A DNA stretch of 64,000 nucleotides. Origin: Nymphaea colorata. Taxonomy: Eukaryota. Position numbers and translations under genes: made by a program. Of the stretch, positions 12,988-26,108 are shown piece after piece. Below the pieces are notes generated by a model that saw nothing but the letters and a program-made list of their open reading frames with translations, did no database searches and had not been told where the DNA came from. Each line of letters opens with the position of its first letter. The first letter of the stretch is position 1. The DNA lies in assembly GCF_008831285.2 (NCBI RefSeq), contig NC_045138.2, positions 19,902,001 through 19,966,000 on the forward strand, in the 5' to 3' direction.

Positions 12988-15293
12988 TGAAATCTACCAG
13001 TTGTCTAAATATTTAAAAGCCATGGCTAAATGCATTACAAACCATTATTAAAAACACCCTAAACCATCAGTATATCATAAACCACTGCTATTGCTCCATT
13101 GCATGGTGTTTCCAACAATGGTTTTTATAGTGTCACGAATCTTTTTAGTACTGGTTCTCACTTTTCTCACACTAAGACAATAATCTTTGTTTGCAGAATA
13201 ATAAACTAAGTATTGGATTGAGAAATATACTCTGCATAATTGCTAAAGAGCAAAAAGGATGGTGGAAAAGGTTGGTGAAGTTGGACGGAAATCTTCCTTT
13301 TGTCAAGGTTGATTGGAACAGATGGTGTGATGAAGATGAAGAGGAAACATCCAAACGTAAGTTGCTGTAATAGGATTTGTATTTGCTAGAATGGTAAAAA
13401 AGATGGATCTTTTGTTCTGCTTGCTATCCTCAGTGTGAATAGAAATGCACTTGTAAGTGGCTTCTTTCATGTTGTTTGCTAGCTATGATAAGTTATGAGT
13501 TTGAATATTTATTTTATGCTTTTCAAGCAGAAGCTGAATTGCACTTGTAAGTGGCTACTTTCATGTTGTTTGCTAGCTATGATAAGTTATGAGTTTAAAT
13601 ATTTATTTTATGCTTTTCAAGCAGAAGCTGAATTGCACTTGTAAGTGGCTACTTTCATGTTGTTTGCTAGCTATGATAAGTTATGAGTTTGAATATTTAT
13701 TTTATGCTTTTCAAGAATTCATAGTTCTTACGAAAAGTAAAGCTTGGGTTTTACCTTTAGGAGATTATTTGTATTGCATGCAAAAATTCACACAAATATT
13801 ATCAGTATTTATTCAGCTTCAGAGCTGTTTTTTGAAGCACTTAGTATTCTATTCTGGATGATGGAAAAATGTTGTCTGTTCTGAATCTTCTGATGTATTT
13901 ATGAATTATCGAGTTATGGTTTTCTTAGCAGCTTTCATCATTTGTCAACATCTCCATACACCAGGCATTTTCCAAGCTAATAGATTACTTGTTGCATTGA
14001 AATATCTGCTTCACTTTGTAGGGAGCAACCATGTGGTTGGAACAGGTCAAAGGTCATCACTATGGCCTATGGGTACAGGTTACTTTACCAATGTTTGAGC
14101 TGGTAGATGTCGAGATGATGACCTTGTGTAACCCAACCATCAGAGTGTGCATTCACTGTGTGATTTGCTGCTCCTCTGAAATTGGCTTCTTTTTGCTGTC
14201 CTTGAAAAGAATGTTGTGTTCATCTGTGCTTCAAGTTGTGCATATAGAGTGGCAGTTACTGTGCAAGTTTCATTGTTCTGATTTGGTGTATTCTATTTTA
14301 CAGCTGATATTCCTGTGATTGAGACCGTTGAAGACTCCATGGTATGTTTGCATTGTTCCTTGTTTTGTAACTTTGTTACTGTATGTTCTTTTGTGAGTTA
14401 CTTATTTTTACCCGCTTACACATTTCCAAACGACAGAAACGTGTCAAAGAAGATGAGGAGAGCGATGACGAAGGAATGCTTTGTAAGTTAACATAGGCTC
14501 TTATTTTACACGTACTCTGTATGCTTATGCCTGCTATTTGGATGCCTTGCATAAATAGACATGCACCATAGGGGATAACAAACAGACAGTCCTACTTATC
14601 GGAGATGCCCTCTGAAGCTATACAAATTACAAATGAAGGAAGTTGTCACGCAGATGAAGGTTTTGGACAGTTATTTATTTTCTGCAGTTCATACTGGGCC
14701 TGGATTTGAAAATGTGCAGGTCCAAAAGCCCTAGTCGCACTACTGCATGGTTTAAGGAGGCTGTTTATTTGTATGAACAACGCTCAAGTTGGTGAAGAAA
14801 AGGCATGATTATTGAAACATCAATTGTTACCTGGCATTCCTGGGGAAATGTCAAGCAACGAACCACCTGACGTTTGTTGCTAGGCTTAACGCTTATTTGT
14901 CTCTAGTTGCCTATATGTCTGATAATATCATTAAGCATCAGTTACGTTGTCTTTATGCTGTCAACCATGATGTGCTTTCCATGTCCCATTCGTTTCTTTT
15001 GGGTTTAAGTTCATATGCATTGCCCCGATGTAGATACGAGTAATGTTTTCTTAACTGTCACCATGTTCATCATGAAGCAACTCGTTTTTTGGCATGCTTA
15101 TAAATTTGTCACTTGTTGCTGTTCACGTGCTACCGTTCTTTAGTTCATCTTTTCTCCAAACTCAGTTCTCCATAATGAGTCATATTAGCTGTTGACACTG
15201 CTTCTGGTTCAGTAATTTGTTCTCTTTGCTCGTTTCCTGCTCCCATTTTAATCTACAGATCTCCCAGACTTGGAGAGGGCAAGAGATGATTGA
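10257..15293 (+). CDS. P23-2: Hsp90 co-chaperone p23 (CS domain), p23-2 type; 6 coding exons, 155 aa
   Basis: Exons 10257-10261, 11749-11932, 13197-13356, 14304-14341, 14437-14482 and 15259-15293 join in frame (468 nt) with GT-AG introns. Protein: [26 protein letters not shown]...GWWKRLVK...[14 protein letters not shown]...[14 protein letters not shown]. The HPEVxWAQR start and KVDWxxWxDED motif mark p23; the short tail ending LYLPDLE matches the plant p23-2 paralogue. Confidence 0.93.
13446..13715 (+). repeat. Near-perfect tandem repeat, 94-bp unit, about 2.9 copies, in p23-2 coding intron 3
   Basis: TGCACTTGTAAGTGGCT...TATGCTTTTCAAG recurs at 13446, 13540 and 13634 with very few differences. 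Confidence 0.92.
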
Positions 15294-16805
15294 TCGGAAA
15301 GGATTTGCTCAATAAATGGTCGATATGAGCGTTCAGTGAAGATGGGGCAAATGATCAGGGGAGGGTCAGCGCCTTTCTTTGTTTTTGCTTGCAAACTTAG
15401 TATATATAGCAATACCAAACCACAGGTGTAAGAATCTAATTTATGTTTAGCATGTGCCAATCTCTTCTTCGCTTTGTTACGTAGAGAAACTACTGTACTT
15501 CTCGGTAGGGCACAAAATGACACATCCAAGGGATGAAAACGGGCATCTGATTTTCACTTGTACACTAGGATGTCCTGTCCTGTCCTGTCCATCCACTAAA
15601 GTTAACTTCAACTTAAGAAAAGATGAAGCTATGTGCTACCCATATTCATGGCTATTTATCCTGTACCTTCAGCTAGATAGATGTTAACTTCCCATAAATG
15701 AGCTGGAGGTAGACTCCGTAATTTATTAACAAAGAACAGATATGTACAACGCCAAAAATGGGATGCAGAGCATCAATTGTGGCACAGCTAAAACAGAAAG
15801 AAGAGAAACCACATATCTGCAAAACGATGCTGAAACCAGACTGTCAACAGGACCTATGGAATCTCACTGAAGCACTATACAAAAAGAAAACTATGGCGAT
15901 GCTACATCTGAGCCAAAGCTGTTAGAAATTAGTCTACCCTGGTTCAAAACTGCCATCCATGATACCACGTCTCTTGCTGGTGTTTGAAACAGCTTCTATA
16001 TAAAGAAGTCTTCTGCAACAGCTTCTATAGAAAGAAAATCTATTAGATACTTGCAAGTGTGGAATTAGCTATCGTAAGTTTTTCCACTTGTTTGGGATAG
16101 GCCTGCGGCCTTTCATTTCCCTCGCAGTTTTTTTTCCAACTGCTATATTGTTCGAATTGCTGAAATGTTAAATGTCTGGATACCATTTTACCTTACCAAT
16201 AGGATACTTCCTTTTCGGTAGTTTCATAAAGTGGCTAAATTCATTCAAGACACACCTTCCCCCGTTGACAAATATTGAACCACATTGACAACTGCTATAC
16301 ATTCAGCTAACAGACTTGATTGAAGAACGCCTCAGAAGCATACAAATTGCTAATATATTGTGGTTGCTTCATTTATAATAACTCATTATTCGTTCAAGGT
16401 GCATGGCCACTTTATGTATGTACATTCCTTCAATTACAAGTATGCACATGATCATGCACGTCCAGGCACATCTGTGACCACACAAATACAGACATCTGCC
16501 TTCAATCTTCCATGAGGCAAGTCTACCAGGTGGTGCCAATGTGCAGCCCAAATTATCTTGTCGCTGAAGCTGTTAACGTTCTATGCAAGAAGCCAGTGTG
16601 GATGCACAAACACATGATTCAGTGAGGTGTTACGCTTCATGTTTGTCTTGGGTTGCCGATTCATTGCAACCGAATCAGATTGCCTTGCATCACCCGTTCC
16701 ACATGGTTGAAGTGTTGGGATGCTACAAATGCTTGCCCTCCTCCATGCTGGAGATGGCAATAAATCTCTGTCTGTGACAAGAAATTCTCGTTGTTTGAGT
16801 ATCAT

Positions 16806-18977
16806 TCAACTTCTTCGGTGCTTTGATTTCCTGGGCTTGGTGAGCAGCTTAAACATGTTCTCAGTGAGGTCTGGAGGCGAATCATCTTCTTCATCCTTCT
16901 TATCAGAAGTCTGTGTCAACCATCCTAAGGCCTCAATGGCCGCATCCCTCTCTGCAAGCTGTTTGTTCCTTTTTGGTTTTCCTACGAACTGCATTCCCTT
17001 GAACTCCACCAATGCCCTGAACTCGTTGGTCCTAAGATGCTTAGTCTTGTATCTAGGAGGTGTATGACCAGCCCTCATCAGGAGAGTTTGAAGTAAGCTT
17101 TTAGGGTTTGTGTGATGTTTGATACTTGAATTCGCATCAGAAGGCCTTTTCTTGGATTCACGGCCAAACACAAACCTTCCTTCACATTGGTCGGCCGATA
17201 CCAACTCTTGCACTGCAAGCATAAGGTATTTGCCCACTTTGTGAATGTCCAGAGTTGGATCTTCAAGCTGCGACATGGCAACACATGAGAGAGAGTGCAT
17301 GCCCGCAAGAAACAAACAATTCAAAGGATCCATGATCAGTTAAAAATCAATAAGATTTTAGGCTGAATAATTGCAAATCCAAACAGGAAAGAAACAAATT
17401 ATTCCTGAAAAGTTGGGCTCACCTTTCTTTGCATAAGCTTATCCAGCTCCTCCTTGAGGTTCCAATACAACTCTGCCATACTTGGTTCCATGAAGAGATC
17501 AATATAGCCTTCCAACATTTTCAAGTGTCCAGCCTACATAAAGCCACACCATTTATGCCCGGCTCAAAAGAATCAAAGCTGGCGAACAATGCACACATAA
17601 AAAGGCAACAAAATATTTACCATAGACCCACGAGTAATAATCCCCCCAAAGAGGATCAATATGGAGTCGGATATTCCAGTGGAATCACGTATAAACACAG
17701 CATTAACCTTCACTTTTTCGCTGAAAACGAGCCAAGGGTATGGGATTGTCTGATACCGTGAATTTACAGAGTTCTGAAAGGTCAGTATACGTGTCAGTGA
17801 AGCTGCAACCATCAAGAAAATTGAAGAACCTTTTAGTTCCATTGGTCTTTCAAATTTTACTCACAACATATAGTAGAACTTGGCCATCATCCATTGTTTT
17901 GAATGACATGGATTTTTCTCTGTGCTGCACATAGGTTTTGGAACAAAATTAGACAACTTGGACATTAGATTCGTGTTCAAACTGTGAAGCAAGCAAGTTG
18001 CGCTTACCACTACAGAAACTATGCCAGGAAAGAGGCCAGAACAGATGACAGCACGAACCAGTGACTGATTATGACTCAAGCTATTGCAGATGTTAGCATC
18101 ACCATCTAACAAGCCCGCATCCTTTAGGATGAAGTTAAACTGCTTTCGAAGAGAATGGATGGCTTGAAATGTCTGAGCAGACAAAAAGTTCCTCCAACAA
18201 TATTCATAAGCCGAACCTTCCCTGTCTGCATCTTTCCACCCTTCATAAGCACGGACAAGAGCCATATGATCACTGTAGTCCTTGGCAGAGAATCTTGATT
18301 TTGCTGTTCCTGCTAGCTAAACAAAAGAAATCCATAATGTCATAGTTGTTCATAATTGGCTACACAAGAAGAAATATCTAACTTTGTTATTTTGAGAAAA
18401 TGACAGAAATCAAGGTTAACTTGACAATATAACCTTCTTAATATAGGAAACATCACAACCAACTAAAAGGAGAAGCTAAACATATATTGAAATAAAATAC
18501 TTGTAAAAGGTAACAAAGTAGCAAGTCAAAAAATGGAACGCAGGAACTAAGCAGACACCAGAATCTATGATCTGAGGATCAAACGAGAGATGAGAACATA
18601 GTCCACATAAAGGCTCCAAAACAGGAAAAGGTACTTTTTTCAACTTAGCTTTATATACTACCCTTTTACCTTTTCCCTGGCATTCATATTTATTCTCAAT
18701 CTGGTATGCTCACAGCCTATTTAACTCACAATTGTTGCATGATAGCTAAGTGTGAAAATTCTCTTCATAAGAGTAATGAAAAATAAACTCGCATACCCAG
18801 GAAATGGCAACCATGTGAAATTCTGCATTCAACAAAATAATGACATCCACCAAATCACAACAAATGTTGTCATATTTGATAAAAAGCAGTTTCAGTGAAC
18901 AGCATCAAACCCATCAATATCAAGAGAAGGCTACCAAGTCTTTTGGTGATAAAAGACAAAGCTAGCAATATACTTAA

Positions 18978-19020
<43 letters not shown>

Positions 19021-22000
19021 AGTTGGAAAAGTTACCAATCATAAACTTACCTCTTTCTTATCTTGGGGTAACAGAAATGGATCCCTCATGCTCAATCCAG
19101 CAACAATTGTAAGAACTGGGTCAAGGCAACGAAAGACTGCACCCATTATAAGCATCTTGCCAAGCTTTGGATCAACAGGAAGCATCGACAAATATCGCCC
19201 TTCAAAATAAAAGGTACTAGTAAAGACTCGAGCATTGTCAAAGGCTCACTGATTCTAAAAGCATTATTGTAGTACACTGATGGTTCAACTGAAAACCCAT
19301 TCACCATGTAAAAACTCACCAAGATTTGTTAAATTCTCCTTTTCATCCAGAGCTCCAATCAGCTTCAGAAAATCAATTGCATTTCGAACCTGAACAAAAT
19401 CTGAAATTTATTTCACAAAAAATACATAATTTCCTAAATTTTGTAGTTAAATATGAAACTTTTTAGAGACCATCAGAATCTGTAAATCTAGACGACAGAT
19501 TGAAAACATAATATTTACAAATTCACAGTTTGAAATGTGAAGGCTTCATAACCAAAATTAGGAATTTGTCACTTGTTTATATTCCAAGAAAGGAGCTTTC
19601 ACTTAAAAGGCTGATCAAAATACAGGAAAACCTTTATCAATTAGAAACTGCAGCATGAAATTTATCAAGATTACTCACAGCGAGAGGTTCTGGTGGCTGT
19701 AAAGCAGCAGACAAGAACTCAGCAATACTGCCGACCTGCAAACTTTTAATTTGCAAGCAAAGAGAATTTAAGGGAGTTCTAAGAAGCTCTGGAAGTTGAT
19801 ATTCTGCAAAAGCATCATACATGCATCTTGGATATAAGTGATAGCATTCTCCTGGTTGAACACGACCAGCTCTGCCCCTCCTCTGTTTAACAAAATATCC
19901 ACAAAAAAGGGAAAAGCGAAATATGAAGTAAAAGTTAAATGAATATCATCTGAAAAGTAAAAGGAATCATCAAGCATTATCTAAATAAACAGCAACTCTT
20001 GTGCATAAAACGATAAAAATTACATCACATTAGCAAAGAAATATAGGTAGCACTAATCTTACCTGACGTGCAGATGCTTTAGATATCCAGGAAGGAAGCA
20101 AACATGGGGTATTGTTTAAAGCATCATAAGAGGTCTCTTTCGCTTTACCGCAATCAACCACAAAGACGATATCGTTGATAGTTATACTAGCCTCAGCCAT
20201 ATTTGTAGCCAGAACTATTTTGCGTACATTAGGTGGAGGTCTCTCAAAGATAATTTTCTGCATGGAATATCAATAAGAGAGAATAACAGATGCAAAAAAT
20301 TACAACTTGAAAATAAGGACTATTTTTCATGCTAATGCAATATATTTAGCATTCATACAATATTGTCCAATTAATCAACTTCTGCTCCAACTAATAGTAG
20401 CAGTTCCAAGCAGGGAAAAGGGAATAAAGCAGAAGCATCCTACTGTTGTTCAGGCTAACTGTGTTGGATTGTAAAAGAAAAGTGACAAACAAAGTGCAAA
20501 TTTTTCAACCAAGATAGAAACAAACATCACTATATCCACTTCCATACCTTATCACCAACCCATTTTGCCTTTTCAAAAGAGAGATAAGCAGATAGACAAC
20601 TGAAGGGGCTTTAGCAGAATGACAGGACAACAAAATTCATGGCCAAAGAAGCAATGAGAAAAGGAAGAATGCAATCAACACAGCATTCCCTTAGATACAT
20701 GATGCTCAAAATTTTCCTATAAACAATTCAAATAGAATTAAAAGGAGGCCCAGGATTGAAGCCACTTTAGCAGAATAAAAAAAACCATGACCATTTGAAG
20801 TAGATAGAACGAAGAGTATGACATCAATATAAAGAGCAGCTCAATAAAATTTATAATGGAAACAAGGTATAATCAAGAACTAGATAGAAGGAAAAAAAAG
20901 ATGAAGCATGAGCACATATGATGCAGAACTCAACATACCTGCTCTGAAGTAGCCATTGAACCATGACATGAAAGCAAAAGAACCCTGTTTGGATCTCCTA
21001 ATAATGGATGTGCTTTCAGCTGATCTCGCAAAGAACTGATATCATCCCATCCAGTCATAAACACTAGAACAGCCCCAGGTCTTTCCTTTCTGCATATATG
21101 GCATAGGACAGCCTCGATGAGATTGAATCCTATGCAATCTGGAGTCCAAGAAGCTAAAGAGTCCCGTGTTCTTGAACTATAGTTTTCAAAATTAGCTTTT
21201 GAAAGAGCATCCTGCATATCAGACAATTAAAAACAAGCCTTAGTATGTGGCTTACCATGAGATTTCCTGTGAAACTTGACTAGAAATACCTCAGCTAGTG
21301 AACTGAGCTGATTTTTTTTCTTTCGTGTCAATAGCTGTCTCTGTGTTTTCCACAATTTATCTTGGCCATAATCATCAACTTGGTTAAATGAAGTCAGTTT
21401 GTATCCAGTTTTCTCTAGTATATCTTCCAGATAATATGCACTTACGGGATATGTGAAACCCTGTAAATAAAAGTGAAGGATTTAAAAAAAATCAGTACTT
21501 AAGCACAACCAAACATGTCTATATTATGTCATTATGAATGCAAGGACATAAAAAGTTGATGGACCAAACCATACCCAAAAACAGACACAGTTATTTGTAG
21601 GTTAAACCCAAGTCAGAGTCCTTATGGGACTTGACTTTTGGGCCTGGAACTAGGCATCATCCTGACCCGACTAAGATAGGACCTCCATGGAATCATGGAT
21701 CAATCATTTGCTGCCAATGCCAATATATAGCCACAGGCAAGATAAACAAGGACTAGCCAAGGGTTCCCAAAATCAGCAGCCTAAAAGTGAAATGTCAACC
21801 GTAGTATGTGACATCACCATATCTATATTCTTGCCTTTGTTCCAACAGAACAGAATAAACTAGATCCAAATATCCTGACAAGTGTTCTATGTGTTCACTT
21901 GGATCCTGTAAGTCCAAAGGACAGATTACATTTTTTATATACAGAGGATCCTACTCCTGAAGGTTCATGAAGGGACCATTCCTACGTATATGAAGATTTT

Positions 22001-25000
22001 ACGTTTATTAAGAACTTTCCAATACCACAATGTTCACCTCATCAATTGCCATTTGATGACGCGATCAGCTGTCGCATAAGCACATAAACTGTGTTCCAGA
22101 AATGGAAAGCCCAAGCAAGTTGTAACTTGACAGAGATTATTTACAGTACAGACATCATCATTTGTTTTCAGCAATGTGAACTTGTAAGAGCCTCATTTAA
22201 TTAATCAATTAACGTTAGGATTTGAGAAATAAAAACTACTAGTTCCCTTTCATAACTTTTGTGTGGTTATTGAGAAATAAAAACTACTAGTTCCCTTTCA
22301 TAACTTTTGTGTTCATGAATAAGCTAGTTATTGACATTTCTAGAGAACAAATAATAATCTAGATCAGTACTATCAGCTTACTGGAATATGAGTCATTGGT
22401 GCTCCATAAAAGAAATTTGAGAATAACTCTGCATTCAGAGTTGCACTCATTAAGACCAATCTCAAGTCCCTCCGGCGTGGAAGAAGATCCTTCAACACAA
22501 TAAGCAAGAAATCTGCATCAAGGAGGAAAAGAAAATAAAAAAAAAAAAAAACATATATTATGAACATTGTCTGTAAAAAACCAGACTGAAACAGTTAAAC
22601 ATGCAAATTTCAGCATACCTTCGTTCATTCCTCGCTCATGTATTTCATCAACGAAAACATGTGTTACACCATCCAGATTATGATCTACCAGCAAGCGTCT
22701 CAGCAGAATACCACTCGTACAAAAGAGCAGGTGTGTGTTTTTTCCCTTCATCCCCTCCAGTCGAACTTTGTAACCAACCTATCAGAAAAGCTCAGCTACA
22801 TGCCCAAGGGTTGCTAACTAATTCATGAAACAGCAATGTGCACAGAATGCAGCAGTGCTTACAGATTCTCCCAGTTGCTCCCCTCTTTCTGCAGCAACTC
22901 TCTCTGCAACTGCCATGGCTGATATTCTTCGTGGCTGTGTACAAATAATATTACAGAATGCTCCACGACCTGACTCAATTTCAGATTCAAGAATGTACTG
23001 GGGAAGTTGAGTTGTTTTTCCACACCCAGTCTCCCCAGAGACCACAATGACCTGAAACAGTAATCAGCAAATTCAAACCTTTGGGCTATAGCTGGAATGC
23101 TGAATGAGCAGAAAACTTATGCCTTCACAGCCAACTGAACTCAAGAAAGAAAAAAAGACAAAAAAGACACTATAAAAAAGCATTAATCAATGTTGAATTT
23201 CCAACAATATAGCCACCTGAAACAAACATAATGTCAAATGCAAAACTGACACAAGAATACATGCCCCTACTGTCAGTGCATGTCTTCTTAAATTACATAG
23301 TTGTGGCATCTATTTGCAATTTCTACTAATTCATGCCAATTCACCCATTTTAGAGCACAACGACATTGGGGCAAGGATGAAGTTTTAGCAATACTTCCAA
23401 ATGCCCCTTCTTCCTTTCATTTGCTTCAACAACTTAGCAAGTTTAGCCTCATAAAGCCTTGCTGAGTATTAGATATGCTTAATTCAGAGCTGACACATAC
23501 CATAAACGAACTGTGAAACTTTAGCATGGTTTTAAACATAGATCCCAGGAAATACATAATCTTCTAAGAAAACACGTTTTAGGTCTCAAATGTGTACATT
23601 CTTGTCCAAGGATGTCATATTCATCAGAATGTAAAACATGAACATCTCCACATACACTGAACAACAAAAACTTTCAGCAAGCATTTAAGGATTTGCTGAT
23701 TGTTGAAAGTTGAAACTAGAAGAAAAATAACATGATAGAGCAGGATAGTATTATCTCAGCCAGATACAAATTACATGTACTCCTTTTCCAATTTTAATGG
23801 ACCAAAATTACAGAAAACAAATACCAATTATCAGGATTGACATTAAACTTTACATTGACATTGTCACGGGCTGACTCCTTCAGTCCGTGCTGTATAGACT
23901 CTCAGACACAGGGGAACAGACATACTGAAATGTAAAAATCTGAAACAGGATAACATCATCAACTGCAAACATTCTGTAACATAAGAGGCTTGGCTCCAAA
24001 ACTAAACCTGATTACGTGCAATGGCAGAGAGCAAACGCTCCTTCTCCCTGTAAGCTGGAAGTGATTTCCTGAAAGCCATCATTTTCAGGCCCTCTGGTGA
24101 TTCCTGTAGAGTTGGAGAACCATAAGTCAGAGGGATGGACAAGTCGATATGGGTTGTGTCAACCAGTGTCTCAACTGAAAAGTTCATTTTAACCTGCCAT
24201 GATCTCTGAAGATTGCGCATTCTCACACTTCTTCTCTGGAGTATCTTTTCCCTAATTGATGCATCTGACATAGGGTCTTCATTCTCTTCAGTCAACACAT
24301 CATCTTCAATCTCTTTAGTTAAAGTTTCATTTTCATTTGCATTACCACCACGGATACCTAAAGGGAACTGCATCCTGTCAACATGTTCCTGAAGCAAACC
24401 CTCCACTCTCCTTTGCAAGCTAAGTGGAATCACAACCTGATGGAGTTCAGACATTAAAAGTAAATTCCACATAAATTTGACAGTTTGGTCAGTAGCTACT
24501 CATAAAATGGCAAACCACTACCTCTCTCTGTGGTCTCTTCTCATCCAGATCAGGCCTATAATTTGGCAAAGGAACCTTACTTGCAACTATCACCTTTCCA
24601 TACTGTTCACTGCAAAGCAACCAATGTTTCAGCTAAACCTAGTATAAGAAGAAAATGAACAGAGAGATCACTCTCGGTCATCTATTAAGAAAACAACATC
24701 AAGGTGACAAGGACTGCCTCCCAATTTATGTCTTAGAACTTAAACAGTCTTGACTTAACGACCAAGCAAATTTTAGTATCAGGGCCACCTGCCCTGAAGT
24801 GGAAGCAAATGAGCACAGCCTTCCATATGCAGAGGTAGAACTTAGAACACCCTTCTGCAACCACTGGTCTTAGGAACATATGTTCCATGGTAGTCCCAAT
24901 GATAAGAAATAATCGTGAATCACAAGTGTACCTGACCAGCATTGGGCATTACTACCATCAGCAGATATGGAGTAGTATAATAACCCACTGTTCTATAATA

Positions 25001-26108
25001 CTCACAAGTTGCTGCACTAGCAACTTAGGTACTTCTTCTAAAGCTACAGCCTAAGAATGCAAAAATTAAAGCACCTGCCTTTACCTGTAGAGACCCATCC
25101 TTTTTGCAAGATTGGAGATTTGCTCATAATCATGCCTATCTCTTTTATCCTTCGACACAATCTCCTGCTCATCTTGGTTTCTCAAAAGCATGCTCAGTTT
25201 CCATCTCCATTCATCTATGTTGGCCACAGAAGGAGATGCCTAAGTTGAGGAAAGCATAGATCAGAACTGGTTGTGATAATTAAAAAAGAACTTTGTTGAC
25301 AGCCTCCTAAAACAATGTAATGATTTTTTTTAGTGGATTTCGCAATGAGCATCACGTATCTTAGGTGCAACAGAAATAATGTGCCCTCCGCATCTCTTAC
25401 AAATACTAAGACAATGGTAATTGCGAACCTCTCTAGAAAGAAATGAAGATGGTGCAATCCAGAGGTGACGCCATTCCGACATTTTCATTGGCTCATGTTT
25501 CAGCACAAAATATTGAATATGTAATTTAAATTAGACTATGCGCAGATATAACAAAAAAAAAAACACCTTTGGATTTACTAGAGTTGTGAATTCTATCTAT
25601 CTATAAATTTTCCTAGAGAATCCAAGCAACCTCCGGGACAGTAAAACTACGTAACGTTTTTCACCTGTTCAATTGTCAAATCTTTATAAGAAAATTCATT
25701 CAGTGAAGTGAAAACGATTCCGTACATTCTAAAAATGATTGCAGAAGTTCTCACTGGAATAAAACAGCCATCTTTCTCTAAACATAGTAGATTTTGTTCT
25801 GACTCTCAAGCTCACACTCGAACCACCGTAAATGAAAACAGAGAAATGCACACGTACCTTCTGATTACGTGATTGCACTCTCATAACCCGACAACAAAAA
25901 AAAAAAAAAAAGGTTCTTACTTTAAATGAAAGCAAGTATTCTTTTCTACCTTATGATCCTCAAAATCCACCTCGTACTCGTCATCCGAAAACTGCTCAAT
26001 GGCATAGCCGCAGTAACTCCTGCTCCTCGAGGCCAGGCTCGGTCCAAACAACCATCCGCTGCAGAAAACCCTAAATCTGGACCGAAGGAGCACGCAAGAG
26101 AGCGGCAT
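16806..26108 (-). CDS. ABO6: DExH-box ATP-dependent RNA helicase (DHX36/RHA-like) with C-terminal dsRNA-binding domain, ABO6-like, probably mitochondrial; 19 exons, 1125 aa from ATG 26108
   Basis: Exons (minus): 26108-25950, 25239-25085, 24609-24522, 24436-24194, 24103-24008, 23051-22863, 22778-22619, 22512-22382, 21460-21290, 21211-20939, 20257-20063, 19882-19679, 19389-19320, 19199-19051, 18316-18008, 17924-17865, 17773-17621, 17533-17423, 17267-16806. They total 3378 nt in frame, all GT-AG. Motifs: [10 protein letters not shown] (I), TQPRRISA (Ia), DEIH (II), MSAT (III), [11 protein letters not shown] (V), QRRGRAGR (VI), and a C-terminal dsRBD ([15 protein letters not shown]...[10 protein letters not shown]). 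The N-terminal [11 protein letters not shown]...[11 protein letters not shown] and the tail match recalled Arabidopsis ABO6. The true start is uncertain (see finding). Confidence 0.9.
22222..22312. repeat. 48-bp tandem duplication in a helicase intron
   Basis: TTGAGAAATAAAAACTACTAGTTCCCTTTCATAACTTTTGTGT at 22222 and 22270. Confidence 0.9.
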
